A stretch of 64,000 nucleotides of DNA from Candidatus Babeliales bacterium (GTDB taxonomy: Bacteria; Babelota; Babeliae; Babelales; JANWKD01). Position 1 is the stretch's first letter. Every line of letters begins with the position of its first letter. Below, in pieces: positions 9,553 through 21,574 of the stretch. Both the position numbers and the translations under genes were made by a program. The stretch covers positions 192,001 through 256,000 of the forward strand of contig CAVRJM010000001.1 in assembly GCA_963722075.1 (NCBI GenBank). The letters run 5' to 3'. The notes under the pieces were generated by a model that was not told where the DNA came from, did not search any database, and saw nothing but the letters and a program-made list of their open reading frames with translations.

Positions 9553-11335
9553 CGGTACCCTGCAGAAATCTAATAAGATCTTCAGAGGCATGAGGGGTAA
9601 TATAATCTGATGCAGTTCTTCCTTGGTGATCTTTCATCGTTTTATCAGCGCCATTATTAACGAGTAATATTACTGCATTAGTATTATTACGACCTACTAC
9701 TATCATAAGCGGGGTAATGCCTTGATTATCTGGTGAATTAATAAGTTTTGTAAGTTGGTGAGGGTAGGTCGTGTGTAGTAGCAATTTTAAGCAATCAAAA
9801 TTGTGTTTCGCGGCAAAATGGATAGCATTGCGTCCCTTATTATCAGTTAAAAATATATCGGCTTTAAAGTCGTGAATTAATGTTGATGCCACTGGAAATA
9901 GATTATGCTTAATGGCCTGATGTAAGGGTGTACGCCCTTTATTGTTTTTCTTATCAAGAAATGAACGATGTTGATCAACAAGCTTTTCTAGTAATTGAGG
10001 GCAATAAATTGCAAAGTGTATAATTGCATCACCTCTATTAGTGACATGAGTGGTATCGGAATTGGGTAATAATTTTAAAGATAACTCGCTATCATTATCA
10101 CGAAGTGCGTTCATGAGCGCGGTTTCACCAGTATCATCACATTGGTTGATGATATTTGGATAGCGGCATAATGTATCAATTGTGGTAGGATCTTTATGGC
10201 AGGTTGCGTACCATAAAACGGACCTTTTTTGAGAATCAAGGATGGCTGGATTAGCGCGTTTAGCAAGTAATCTATTAAAAGTTTCTGGAGAGATACCAGA
10301 TTTAACGCATAATTGTAATAAGGTACATTTTCGATTCTCACAAAAAAAATATATATCATACGCATCATTTATATGGGCCCACCAACTATCATCAACTAAA
10401 TGTATGTTGTTAGTTATAACAGCTAATAATAAAAATAACTTATTTTTTTGAGCAATGGTCAATTTCGGTGTGTCTGTTAGTAACTTATCATATGCTCCGT
10501 CTTCAACTTGTTCAACCAGTTCTTCATATGCTCCAATTCTAACGTGCCCCTGCGGAGCATGATAGTTTGTTGGTAATTCGGTGACTCTATCTTTAAATTG
10601 GATTTCCGCCTGCGCAACCATATAGTCCGTTGCTAATTCTGGAGCATGATTAAGTATTAGTTCTAATAAATGAGTATTACGATTAGTAGCATTTACTTTT
10701 TGCCATAAATATTTCTTGGTAATAATGTTAATTAATAAGCTTGCAAGTTTTTTACAATCATATATAAGCGCATTATGTAACGGGGTCATACCGTTCTTAT
10801 CTGGTGTTACTATATCTAAATATCCTGCATTGCGCGGTAATTTCTTGCGATCACAAAGTAGTAATAGTTCCGTTGCTACCTTAGGATCTCCATTACAAAT
10901 AAGCGCATTAAGGGGCGTTTGCCCAGCTGTATTAGTAGCTTCTAAATTACAGCGATAATTTTTTAATCTATTATGTAATGATGCTATGGTTCTTGATCGG
11001 TGAATAAAAAAATCCGGCTTACATTCGCCTGATTCTAAAAATGTAGCAAAGTCAACATGAGCTTTTAAGAGGCTCTCATAATCTTCATTTTGAAGTAATG
11101 GTTCAATTTCTTTATGGGTTAACTTTTTATTTTCCAGTGCATGTAATATGCCATCTATGGCTAAGGTAATTAAGGAAGGTAGCTGGTAGGTATCGTGTAA
11201 GGGTTCTACCGGTTCTAATATAGTAGGGTCAATATCCATTATAGTAGGATTAACATTCATTGTAGTATGTTCCATATCCATGGCGGCTATAATGCTCGTG
11301 CAAAAAAGTGAGAATAAAAGAATATTTTTTTTCAT
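9542..11335 (-). CDS. Secreted ankyrin-repeat protein
   Basis: Signal peptide MKKNILLFSLFCTSIIAA; repeated G.TPLH/G.TALM/G.TPLM ankyrin motifs. Confidence 0.9.
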   Translation of the reverse strand: MKKNILLFSLFCTSIIAAMDMEHTTMNVNPTIMDIDPTILEPVEPLHDTYQLPSLITLAIDGILHALENKKLTHKEIEPLLQNEDYESLLKAHVDFATFLESGECKPDFFIHRSRTIASLHNRLKNYRCNLEATNTAGQTPLNALICNGDPKVATELLLLCDRKKLPRNAGYLDIVTPDKNGMTPLHNALIYDCKKLASLLINIITKKYLWQKVNATNRNTHLLELILNHAPELATDYMVAQAEIQFKDRVTELPTNYHAPQGHVRIGAYEELVEQVEDGAYDKLLTDTPKLTIAQKNKLFLLLAVITNNIHLVDDSWWAHINDAYDIYFFCENRKCTLLQLCVKSGISPETFNRLLAKRANPAILDSQKRSVLWYATCHKDPTTIDTLCRYPNIINQCDDTGETALMNALRDNDSELSLKLLPNSDTTHVTNRGDAIIHFAIYCPQLLEKLVDQHRSFLDKKNNKGRTPLHQAIKHNLFPVASTLIHDFKADIFLTDNKGRNAIHFAAKHNFDCLKLLLHTTYPHQLTKLINSPDNQGITPLMIVVGRNNTNAVILLVNNGADKTMKDHQGRTASDYITPHASEDLIRFLQGTDES

Positions 11336-11486
11336 AAAAGGCCTTTTTATAATACATGATTAACAACAGCATAGTATCACATATTATTTCAATTAGCAAA
11401 TAATGCAAAAAGGTGGTTTTTACCAAGGCGTTATAGGAAAATACCTATTTTTAGGGTATACTAACTATGGTATGCTCAGTGCATAA

Positions 11487-13958
<2,472 letters not shown>

Positions 13959-13964
13959 CTTTTT

Positions 13965-14168
13965 GTCATCCCGATCCAACCTTCGCCTGAGAGATTTGGG
14001 CGGACATGGCTTGTGAATCAATCCATTAATAAAAATCCCCTGTCATCCCGATCCGCCGCCGCCAAAGGCTAAGGTGGGATAAAAGCGCTTGTCCCGTCGA
14101 AGTTGTTTACTCCGCCATAGCTTTTTTAGCTACGGCTGGATTAACGTAGACGGATGGGGATCCATTAA
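13965..14168. repeat. Nested palindromic repeats downstream of gyrB
   Basis: Two GTCATCCCGA..ATCCATTAAT units, each interrupted by smaller hairpin units. Confidence 0.75.
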
Positions 14169-14240
14169 TTAATAAAGGCCATAGTTATGGTCATTCTAAA
14201 CAGAAGTAACCTAACAACCTACTAAAAAGAAGTTTAATAG

Positions 14241-14981
14241 ATGAAATATTTATTTATTAAAAAAATAATAAGCACCGTTATGATATCCATTTTTAGTGGG
14301 CTTTTATATAGTATGGATAGGCCAGATGATCTAGAGGGTGGATCTATTCAAGTAGATTTGGCCAATATTTCTTTATTTAGTCATATTTATAATGCAGATG
14401 AGGTCAGTGTACTTGATCGTGAAAGTTTAAAGGAAGATCTAGAGCAAAAAAAGCTGAAAACCGTTTCCATTCTTCTTGAAATGTGTTACAGATGTCGCGT
14501 TGATCTTTGTGACGGTGATTTATTCCAGAACAGCTTTTTTTTCCCACAATGGGCATGGGAAGAAGAATATCCGGAAGGCTTAATAAAAATACATGCCATT
14601 TGGCAGTTGCTACGAAGTGATTATGAAATACAACGCGATATCGGAAAAATTACATTTTTAAATCTTATCGAAAGTCTTAATTCTACTTCACAAGAAATAA
14701 TATTGAAACAATTAAATTCTTACAAAATGTCCAAAGAAAGACTTTTTATTAATGTGTGTCTAACGCTAATGCCTTTTTCTGTAATAGGATTAATTGGCTA
14801 TTACGAAAATGAAAACGATTTGTGGAAAAACAAATCTTTTAAATTAGTGATAGGGCTTGGGGGTGTTGCTGCTCTTTTATATGGCTCGATAAAAGTTGGC
14901 TGCTCAACTCAAGATTATAGGTGGTGGCAATCAGCCAAGCGGTTTCAGAAGGCAGTAGCTATCTGTGAACAATCTTCTTAG
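14241..14981 (+). CDS. Secreted/membrane hypothetical protein (paralog of 16922-17611)
   Basis: Signal peptide ending YS-MD; two C-terminal TM helices; RWW..AV.IC ending shared with 16922. Confidence 0.75.
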   Translation: MKYLFIKKIISTVMISIFSGLLYSMDRPDDLEGGSIQVDLANISLFSHIYNADEVSVLDRESLKEDLEQKKLKTVSILLEMCYRCRVDLCDGDLFQNSFFFPQWAWEEEYPEGLIKIHAIWQLLRSDYEIQRDIGKITFLNLIESLNSTSQEIILKQLNSYKMSKERLFINVCLTLMPFSVIGLIGYYENENDLWKNKSFKLVIGLGGVAALLYGSIKVGCSTQDYRWWQSAKRFQKAVAICEQSS

Positions 14982-15101
14982 TTTCTTGAAAAAAGCACTT
15001 CTTGTAAATATTTTCAAATAGAAATATACAACATTCTATTGGTTGTAAATTCATAAAGTTTATGTATACTAAATAATACAAATATTAATAATGGAGTAAT
15101 A

Positions 15102-16364
15102 ATGCATTATAAAAAGCTTTTTTTATTATTCTTGTTGATTGGTATACCGTTAACAAGTAATGCTAGGCTTAAGACAGCATTGTTAAATTCGATCTTAACG
15201 AATAAATTTCATCGGCGGCTTGAGGATGTTGGCTTTGGGGGGACATGGGCTTTATTAGCAATGGGTGGTTTTCATGCAGCTGAAACAATGTGGTGGGATA
15301 AGAAACCACTTAGTAAACACAATCTTATACTACCGATTGCAGGAATTGTTACTATGATAGGAACGATGGGTTTATCTACTTATTTACAAATTAAATCAAG
15401 AAGTTGGAATCCCTTTCAAGAAGAGCTTAATGCCGCAACTAATAATTATGAGAATAAGAAAAAGGATCTTATCAAAAAACTATATGAAGTAGAGCTAAAT
15501 AAAGAAAAAGAAATAGTTGAGCGGTTGAATGAGTTAGAAACTGATTTAGATAAAAAAATAATAGAAGCACTAGATAATAACCATAATTATAAATCATTTT
15601 TCCTTTCCAGGAGCATGGGAACAGACCGATACCAAAACATACAAGAATTATTATTTAGTCGTAATCCACGGCCAAATATTCTTATTCATCTTTGTAGGTA
15701 TGGATTTAAACTCACCACTCACGAATTTCAAACAATACTGAATGAATGGCCCTTAACTGATGCTAACTATCTATTTAAAAAAATGAGTAAGTTAAAAAAA
15801 AATGGTCTTTACACACAAAATAAATGCAAAATTGTCGGATTGTCTGACTATTCTGATTGGTTGGAGCTCTGGGCAGATTATGCAAATAATTCAAATAACC
15901 TATATCGTAATATAAAACTTTTTGAACGGTTAAATAAGTATGGTACTTGTATGGATTTAACAGAAGTAGTTATTTATTGTGTTAGAAAAAACTATTTTAA
16001 TGTTATTGATTGTTTAAAAAAACAATTTGGTATTGATTTGAATAAAGGAAATAAATATGGGGAAACGCCACTTGAAACTGCTACTTTAGCTAATAATATA
16101 GTGATGGTTAAATACCTAATAGAGCAAGGTGCATCTGTGGTGAATGCGAAAACTAAAGGGTTATTATGGTTTGCTAAGAGATTTCCCGACCGCTTAATTT
16201 ATGATTATCTAAAAAGCAAATTGAGAGACCAACTAGTTGATAATTTTAAAATTATATTGGGCAATGGTTATACCAATAGATATGAATACAGAACTGGCTC
16301 TATTCCTACAGAATTGCCTGATGAACTTATACAACATATTGCCGACTATGCAGTAAAAAAATAA
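15102..16364 (+). CDS. Secreted/membrane ankyrin protein with C-terminal F-box-like motif
   Basis: Signal peptide, 2 hydrophobic segments, coiled coil, GETPLETATLANNIVMVKYLIEQGA ankyrin repeat, terminal ELPDELIQHIADY. Confidence 0.75.
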   Translation: MHYKKLFLLFLLIGIPLTSNARLKTALLNSILTNKFHRRLEDVGFGGTWALLAMGGFHAAETMWWDKKPLSKHNLILPIAGIVTMIGTMGLSTYLQIKSRSWNPFQEELNAATNNYENKKKDLIKKLYEVELNKEKEIVERLNELETDLDKKIIEALDNNHNYKSFFLSRSMGTDRYQNIQELLFSRNPRPNILIHLCRYGFKLTTHEFQTILNEWPLTDANYLFKKMSKLKKNGLYTQNKCKIVGLSDYSDWLELWADYANNSNNLYRNIKLFERLNKYGTCMDLTEVVIYCVRKNYFNVIDCLKKQFGIDLNKGNKYGETPLETATLANNIVMVKYLIEQGASVVNAKTKGLLWFAKRFPDRLIYDYLKSKLRDQLVDNFKIILGNGYTNRYEYRTGSIPTELPDELIQHIADYAVKK

Positions 16365-16395
16365 ATTGATGAATACTTAAAATGAGGAAATCAAA

Positions 16396-16902
16396 ATGGA
16401 ATTATATAAAAAATTGATATTGCTTATGGGTATTATAGTGGTAATGCCTTGTGTATTTGCAATGGAGCATGAAGATGACCCAGAATTAGCGGAAGCAATG
16501 AAGCGGTCATTACTTGGGCAAAATCAATACCTGCCAAGTGCGCCCCCAATGCATGGAGTTCAAAATAGTGAAATAGCAGATCGAAATTTAGCAATAGAAC
16601 TTACCTACTCATGGAATAATTCTGAAGGCAATGGAAAAGAAAGAACGGGTAATGATGATTCTCAAAATTATGCAGGTTCTTCACGTTCACGTGGTACAAA
16701 TAGACCGGTTGATTCCACTAATTTTAATTTTGCTGCCCGTCATGCTGCACTTACCGAGTTTAAAAACAAACCATGTAATAATTGTTTTTATAGGCAAAAT
16801 CTACCTTGGTACAAAAAATATTTTCTTCCACTTATTAGTAGTGCAGCACTTTTTGGTGCGGGTAGTTTATTTACCTACGCATTGATGAAGTGGACTCGAT
16901 AA
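16396..16902 (+). CDS. Secreted tail-anchored protein with UIM-like and PSAP motifs
   Basis: GAGG RBS; signal peptide ending FA-ME; EDDPELAEAMKRSL; LPSAPP; C-terminal TM helix. Confidence 0.75.
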   Translation: MELYKKLILLMGIIVVMPCVFAMEHEDDPELAEAMKRSLLGQNQYLPSAPPMHGVQNSEIADRNLAIELTYSWNNSEGNGKERTGNDDSQNYAGSSRSRGTNRPVDSTNFNFAARHAALTEFKNKPCNNCFYRQNLPWYKKYFLPLISSAALFGAGSLFTYALMKWTR

Positions 16903-16921
16903 TGATTCTCCTTCAGTAATA

Positions 16922-17611
16922 ATGGTTTTTATGAAGAAGTATATTTCTTATCTACTTTTTGCTTTTTCTATTTTAAGTTTATTTATGAGTACTGCTTCAT
17001 TACTGCATGCTATGGATAGTGATTCAGAATGGTGGCAAGAAAATGAAAAGCAACAAGCAATTATCACGCTGGTAAGTACCATAGCAAAAATGGGATATAT
17101 TTATCAAAAATTAGATATTCAAAATATCGAATTTCCCGTTTACATACCGGAGGTTACCGGAAGATATGATTTATGGTGTAATAATTATGATTCTCCTAAT
17201 CCTTTTGAGAATTCTCATTGGGATAAATACTGTCCTGGTGGGTATGATCAATGTTCTGCTGCAGTAGATCAATTAAAGAAACGTTTACCAGAAAATACAT
17301 TACTTTCTCTTATTGCAAAACTAACGCCATTAAATAAAAAAATACTCTTGAAGGATTTGCAACAATATAATCCAAACCCTTCTTTATATTGGCGTATTGC
17401 AGGTACAAGTGCATCGGCAGTGTTGTCGGTAGGTAGTGCGGCTCTTACGTATACATTTCCTGATTTAAAATATGCTGGTATTGCTGGCATGGTGCTGGGT
17501 GGAATTGGTACTTTAGTAGGAGCATGTTTTGTAAAAACTAGTTTTAGTGAGCGGCAATGGTGGCGGCGATGTCCTAATTGCCATGAAGCAATTAGACTTT
17601 GCAAAGAATAG
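16922..17611 (+). CDS. Secreted/membrane hypothetical protein (paralog of 14241-14981)
   Basis: Signal peptide ending HA-MD; LSLIAKLTPLNKKILLKDL matches LNLIESLNSTSQEIILKQL; two TM helices; QWW..AIRLC. Confidence 0.75.
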   Translation: MVFMKKYISYLLFAFSILSLFMSTASLLHAMDSDSEWWQENEKQQAIITLVSTIAKMGYIYQKLDIQNIEFPVYIPEVTGRYDLWCNNYDSPNPFENSHWDKYCPGGYDQCSAAVDQLKKRLPENTLLSLIAKLTPLNKKILLKDLQQYNPNPSLYWRIAGTSASAVLSVGSAALTYTFPDLKYAGIAGMVLGGIGTLVGACFVKTSFSERQWWRRCPNCHEAIRLCKE

Positions 17612-17721
17612 TAAAAACAATCTCAATGGTTTCAAAACTTCGATGGTATTCTTGACGTAAGTAAAACCTTTTATAAAACAACCCAGTCTATTAAGAAAAA
17701 AATGACAGCTATGGTAATACC

Positions 17722-17844
17722 GTCATTCCGCTATGCCATTGCCAGGATTATGGCAGAATAAAAGCGCTTGTTTCGTCTAAGCTTTAGCGAAGACGGATAG
17801 GGAATTGAATTGCATCAGCCGTAGCTGGCAAAGCGAAGGCTGGA
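17722..17844. repeat. Nested palindromic repeat
   Basis: GTCATTCCG start; AAAAGCGCTTGT segment shared with 14081; ends GCGAAGGCTGGA. Confidence 0.7.
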
Positions 17845-17873
17845 AACAATGGATAAAATTAAATGACCTTAAA

Positions 17874-18030
17874 GCAAAACCCGTTGAAGGGTCTGCAGCA
17901 CATCGTTAGATGTGCGAGGGCCCGCCTTTTTTGCGATCAAAGAGAGATACATAAGAGATTCTTCTCTTATGTGCCCTTGTATTGAAAATATTGGGCAAGC
18001 AATATTTTCATACCCGGCCGGTATTAGGCC
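17874..18030. ncRNA. Candidate structured RNA of unknown family
   Basis: Series of perfect hairpins (7, 10 and 11 bp stems) unrelated to the repeat families; no convincing ORF. Confidence 0.3.
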
Positions 18031-18059
18031 AATTGAGAAATTGGATTAAAATTTTATTG

Positions 18060-18327
18060 CTGGATTGCTTCGACAAGCTCGCAACGACAATGGCGATTTT
18101 ATTACCCAATTGCTTTGACAAGCCATGTCCGCCGAAGTTATTCGAGCGAAGGATCGATCGCAACGACAAGAGGTTCTATTTCTTAATGGATTCCCATCGT
18201 CTCTGCTAAAGCTTCGACGTGACAAGCGCATCCCGCCATAGCTGTTTACTCCGCCATAGCTTTCTTTACTTAGTATTAAAGCTTTTAGAAAGCGACGGCT
18301 GGATTGGCGGCGGCGAATCAGGATGAC
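18060..18327. repeat. Nested palindromic repeats upstream of rapZ
   Basis: CTGGATTGCTTCGACAAGCTCGCAACGAC unit, a second copy split by an insert, and an inverted counterpart of 14042-14168. Confidence 0.8.
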
Positions 18328-18478
18328 AAAGGTGATTTTGTTGCTTTTTATACCTTTGTTATCTTTCTCAATTTAAAAATAAGTCTTAATAAAATAGTTG
18401 GCAAGATAAAAAATTGCATTAGCCCAATGAGCCATGGTAAAATAATTCTCAAAAATCTTTTTACCATTGCATTAGCTC

Positions 18479-19390
18479 ATGAATGAAAAAAATATAAACG
18501 CTCCTGCTCAATTATTAATTGTAACCGGCTATTCTGGTGCGGGCAAAAGTACTGTTTTGCGTGCCTTAGAAGATATCGGTTTTTTTTGTGTTGATAATTT
18601 ACCCATTCCGTTACTCACCTCATTTTTTCAACTCATTGCTCAGTCAACCATGATGGGGCAAAAAATTGCGCTCGGCATTGATATTCGTAGCGGTCAAAAT
18701 ATGCAAGATTTGATCACCAAATTACAAGAACCAATTGCCAATCAATATTTGGTGAAAATATTCTTTTTAACCGCTAGTTTGCAGGTGCTGGTGAAACGCT
18801 ACCAAGAAACACGGCGCAAGCATCCATTGAGCACTACCATGAGTCTTGAAGAAGCGATTAAAAACGAACAAGAATTATTATATCCACTTATGCAATTAGC
18901 TGATTTGGTATTGGATACTGATCAATTAACCATTCATCATCTGCGTAAATTTGTGCGTGGATCATTTGCTGAATCGGGGCAATCGCAATTGGTGGTGAAT
19001 CTTATTTCATTTGGTTTTAAATATGGCATTCCCACCGAAAGCAATTATATTTATGATGTACGTTCGTTACCCAATCCCTATTTTGTGTCACATTTGCGTC
19101 CCTTAGATGGCACCTCTACTGAAATACGTAATTATTTATTTGCGCAGCCAGAAGTGCAAGATTATTGGCATCGCTTAAAAGAGTTTATTAATTTTTCAAT
19201 TCAAAAATCGTATGATGAAGGGCGCTTTTTTACTAATATAGCAATTGGCTGTACCGGCGGGCGTCATCGTTCGGTTGCATTAGTGCATGAGCTTGCTAGC
19301 ATACCGATGGAACAAGTTCATTACGTGGTAAAGCATCGTGATATTATGCAATATGCAACAGAAAACCAAATGACAGGAGGGTTTTATTAA
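18479..19390 (+). CDS. rapZ: RNase adapter RapZ (P-loop, YhbJ/YvcJ family)
   Basis: VTGYSGAGKS, LEDIGFFCVDNLP, ETRRKHPL, SFGFKYG, DVRSLPNP, GCTGGRHRSV. Confidence 0.95.
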   Translation: MNEKNINAPAQLLIVTGYSGAGKSTVLRALEDIGFFCVDNLPIPLLTSFFQLIAQSTMMGQKIALGIDIRSGQNMQDLITKLQEPIANQYLVKIFFLTASLQVLVKRYQETRRKHPLSTTMSLEEAIKNEQELLYPLMQLADLVLDTDQLTIHHLRKFVRGSFAESGQSQLVVNLISFGFKYGIPTESNYIYDVRSLPNPYFVSHLRPLDGTSTEIRNYLFAQPEVQDYWHRLKEFINFSIQKSYDEGRFFTNIAIGCTGGRHRSVALVHELASIPMEQVHYVVKHRDIMQYATENQMTGGFY

Positions 19391-19418
19391 TGGATTCCCA
19401 CACTTCGTTCGGAATGAC
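19387..19418. repeat. Palindromic repeat unit overlapping the rapZ stop codon
   Basis: TTAATGGATTCCCACACTTCGTTCGGAATGAC is a reverse-complement relative of 63737-63769. Confidence 0.7.
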
Positions 19419-19432
19419 CGATAGGAATAATA

Positions 19433-19711
19433 ATGAAGTATAAAAAAATGGTATTACCCCTCATATTAGTAGCGGAAATTATTTTATTTTTTGGTAATTT
19501 TTTAATAGCAGAAAACGGCTTGCGTGCTATTAATGGATTAAAAAATGAAAACGCGCAATTAGGCGCTCATATTGATGCGCTTAAAAAAGAGCTTTTTGAT
19601 TTAGAAGAAGAAATTTTGTTACGGCACAAATATCCTTTTTATAAAGAAAAAATAGCACGCGAACAGCTGCATATGGCAAAAAAGAATGAAACTATTTGTT
19701 ACCTTAATTAA
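19433..19711 (+). CDS. ftsB: Septum formation initiator FtsB/DivIC family
   Basis: N-terminal TM, ENG.., coiled coil, EKIAREQLHM.K.NE. Confidence 0.75.
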   Translation: MKYKKMVLPLILVAEIILFFGNFLIAENGLRAINGLKNENAQLGAHIDALKKELFDLEEEILLRHKYPFYKEKIAREQLHMAKKNETICYLN

Positions 19712-19716
19712 GGAGA

Positions 19717-20328
19717 ATGATGGTATATACGTTGGCTCCCTTACCATACCCCTATAATGCACTTGAACCATATATCGATACTAAAACGATGGAATTGCAT
19801 CATGATAAGCATCAACAAGCTTACATTGATGGCTTAAATAAAGCGCTCGAAAATCATCCTGAAATACAAAATACCCCGCTTGTTGAATTGATTAGACATC
19901 TTGATAAGGTGCCCCAAGATATACGCACTGACGTGCAAAATAATGGTGGCGGTGAATTGAATCATTCAATGTTTTGGTTGATGCTCAAAGTAAATAATGA
20001 TACAGAACCAAAAGGAGTTATTGCGCAAGAAATAAAAAAAAAGTTTGGCTCTTTTGCAGCATTTCAAATGGAGTTTGAGCAGAGTGCAAAAAAACGATTT
20101 GGTAGCGGCTGGGCATGGTTGTGTGTTGATAAGAAAGGTGATTTGATGATTACTTCAACTGCCAATCAAGATAATCCCTTATCACAAGGACATATGCCTA
20201 TTTTAGGATTAGATGTATGGGAACATGCCTATTATTTAAAATATAATAATAGACGCCCTGATTATATTAAGGCATGGTGGCATGTAGTTAATTGGGATGA
20301 AGTAGAACAAAATTATAAAAAAATATGA
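19717..20328 (+). CDS. sodA: Fe/Mn superoxide dismutase (Mn-type signatures)
   Basis: LPYPYNALEP, HHDKH, NGGG..NHSMFW, FGSGWAWL, NQD, DVWEHAYY. Confidence 0.93.
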   Translation: MMVYTLAPLPYPYNALEPYIDTKTMELHHDKHQQAYIDGLNKALENHPEIQNTPLVELIRHLDKVPQDIRTDVQNNGGGELNHSMFWLMLKVNNDTEPKGVIAQEIKKKFGSFAAFQMEFEQSAKKRFGSGWAWLCVDKKGDLMITSTANQDNPLSQGHMPILGLDVWEHAYYLKYNNRRPDYIKAWWHVVNWDEVEQNYKKI

Positions 20329-20341
20329 AAGGAACAAAGTA

Positions 20342-20713
20342 ATGAACGTTAAATTTTTTTCTTTAGTAGTGGTAACTCTTTTATTGAGCACTGTTTGTTT
20401 GAAAGCAAATATATTTAATGATCTAGATCGTTCTACCAATACGGTAATAAGTCACCCGTATTATAATCATGTTCTTAATACTTGTGTTGGTATTTGGACT
20501 TTTTCATTATTAAAGGAACTTTTGGTTCCTAATTTACATCATAACGATACTGAAACTACGGTTGCTACCTTATGTTCACTTGGTGGTGCTTGTGGTGCTT
20601 CATATCTTGCACAGAAGTATCCTGGCTATGCCACAGTAACGTGTGTAGTCTATGGCCTTTACTGTTTTTTACATAAACATCATCGCACCATAAAAAGACA
20701 TATGAGGTTATAA
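20342..20713 (+). CDS. Hypothetical membrane protein with signal peptide
   Basis: ORF with RBS, signal peptide and hydrophobic segments. Confidence 0.6.
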   Translation: MNVKFFSLVVVTLLLSTVCLKANIFNDLDRSTNTVISHPYYNHVLNTCVGIWTFSLLKELLVPNLHHNDTETTVATLCSLGGACGASYLAQKYPGYATVTCVVYGLYCFLHKHHRTIKRHMRL

Positions 20714-20721
20714 AAGATAAA

Positions 20722-20742
20722 AGGGAACGATAATTCGTTCCC
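20722..20742. terminator. Hairpin terminator between convergent genes
   Basis: GGGAACGA-TAAT-TCGTTCCC. Confidence 0.6.
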
Positions 20743-20774
20743 TCATTATTTTCTTTGTTACAAAAAGTAATATT

Positions 20775-21363
20775 TTATTGAGCTGTTGGTGCAACGTCGC
20801 TGGTAGCGGAAGTTTGAATATACATCATATTACCACTATTATCATATACCGGTGTTTGTGGCATAAATACTTGTGGCATCTTAAATCCAGTTACTATTTG
20901 ATACAACAAACTTTGAATGAACTGTTTAGCATTTGGTGTTTCAGTTGAAATTTGTGTTTTAACTACAGGACCAAATATTTGTATAAAGACTTCGTTATCT
21001 TTTATTACAATCTGCCCTATAATCATTTTTTACGCTATTATAAATACCGTTTAAAGCACCTAAAGGAGGAAGCCCTCCCATTCCATATTTTTTAGTGCCT
21101 CCTCGAGCATATGAATTTAATGCATGTACTAAGCCACGAAGTTCATCAACAGTTACCGTACTCAGTGGATTTGTTAGATTCATAAATGGTATTTTGACTT
21201 TTTCAAACGTCGTATTAGCTGTTGTTGTGATATCTTGTATTGCGCTATTTATTTCTTTTTGTATTTTAGCTTTATTATAAAGCCCCTGGCCGCCAATGCG
21301 CGTTGCAGCAAAAGATGCCATTGGCACTAAAGCCAATAAAACTATATATATAACTTTCTTCAT
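20775..21363 (-). CDS. Secreted hypothetical protein, apparently frameshifted at an A6 run (21026-21031)
   Basis: AGGAG RBS and signal peptide; removing one A joins ..NSVK to MIIGQIVIK.. of the overlapping ORF. Confidence 0.5.
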
Positions 21364-21574
21364 GAAAACTCCTTTTAAGTGATTTATAGGTAAAACTGTG
21401 CCAAAAATGGCTCCTATTCTTAAGAATAACTCATTATAGAGGGGAATAGCAATATTTTCAAATAGAAAATAAAATCAGGCGATTGCTTGTAAATAAGGGC
21501 GGGGGCCCTTTTAAAAATAATTATATTTGTTATTATTATAATAGTAATATTTAATTAGTAACGAGAGGAATTGT

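Noticed and set aside
17874..18030. Assignment as 6S RNA, RNase P RNA, c-di-GMP riboswitch or an HDV/hammerhead ribozyme
   Set aside because: Diagnostic cores were not found by eye; left unassigned
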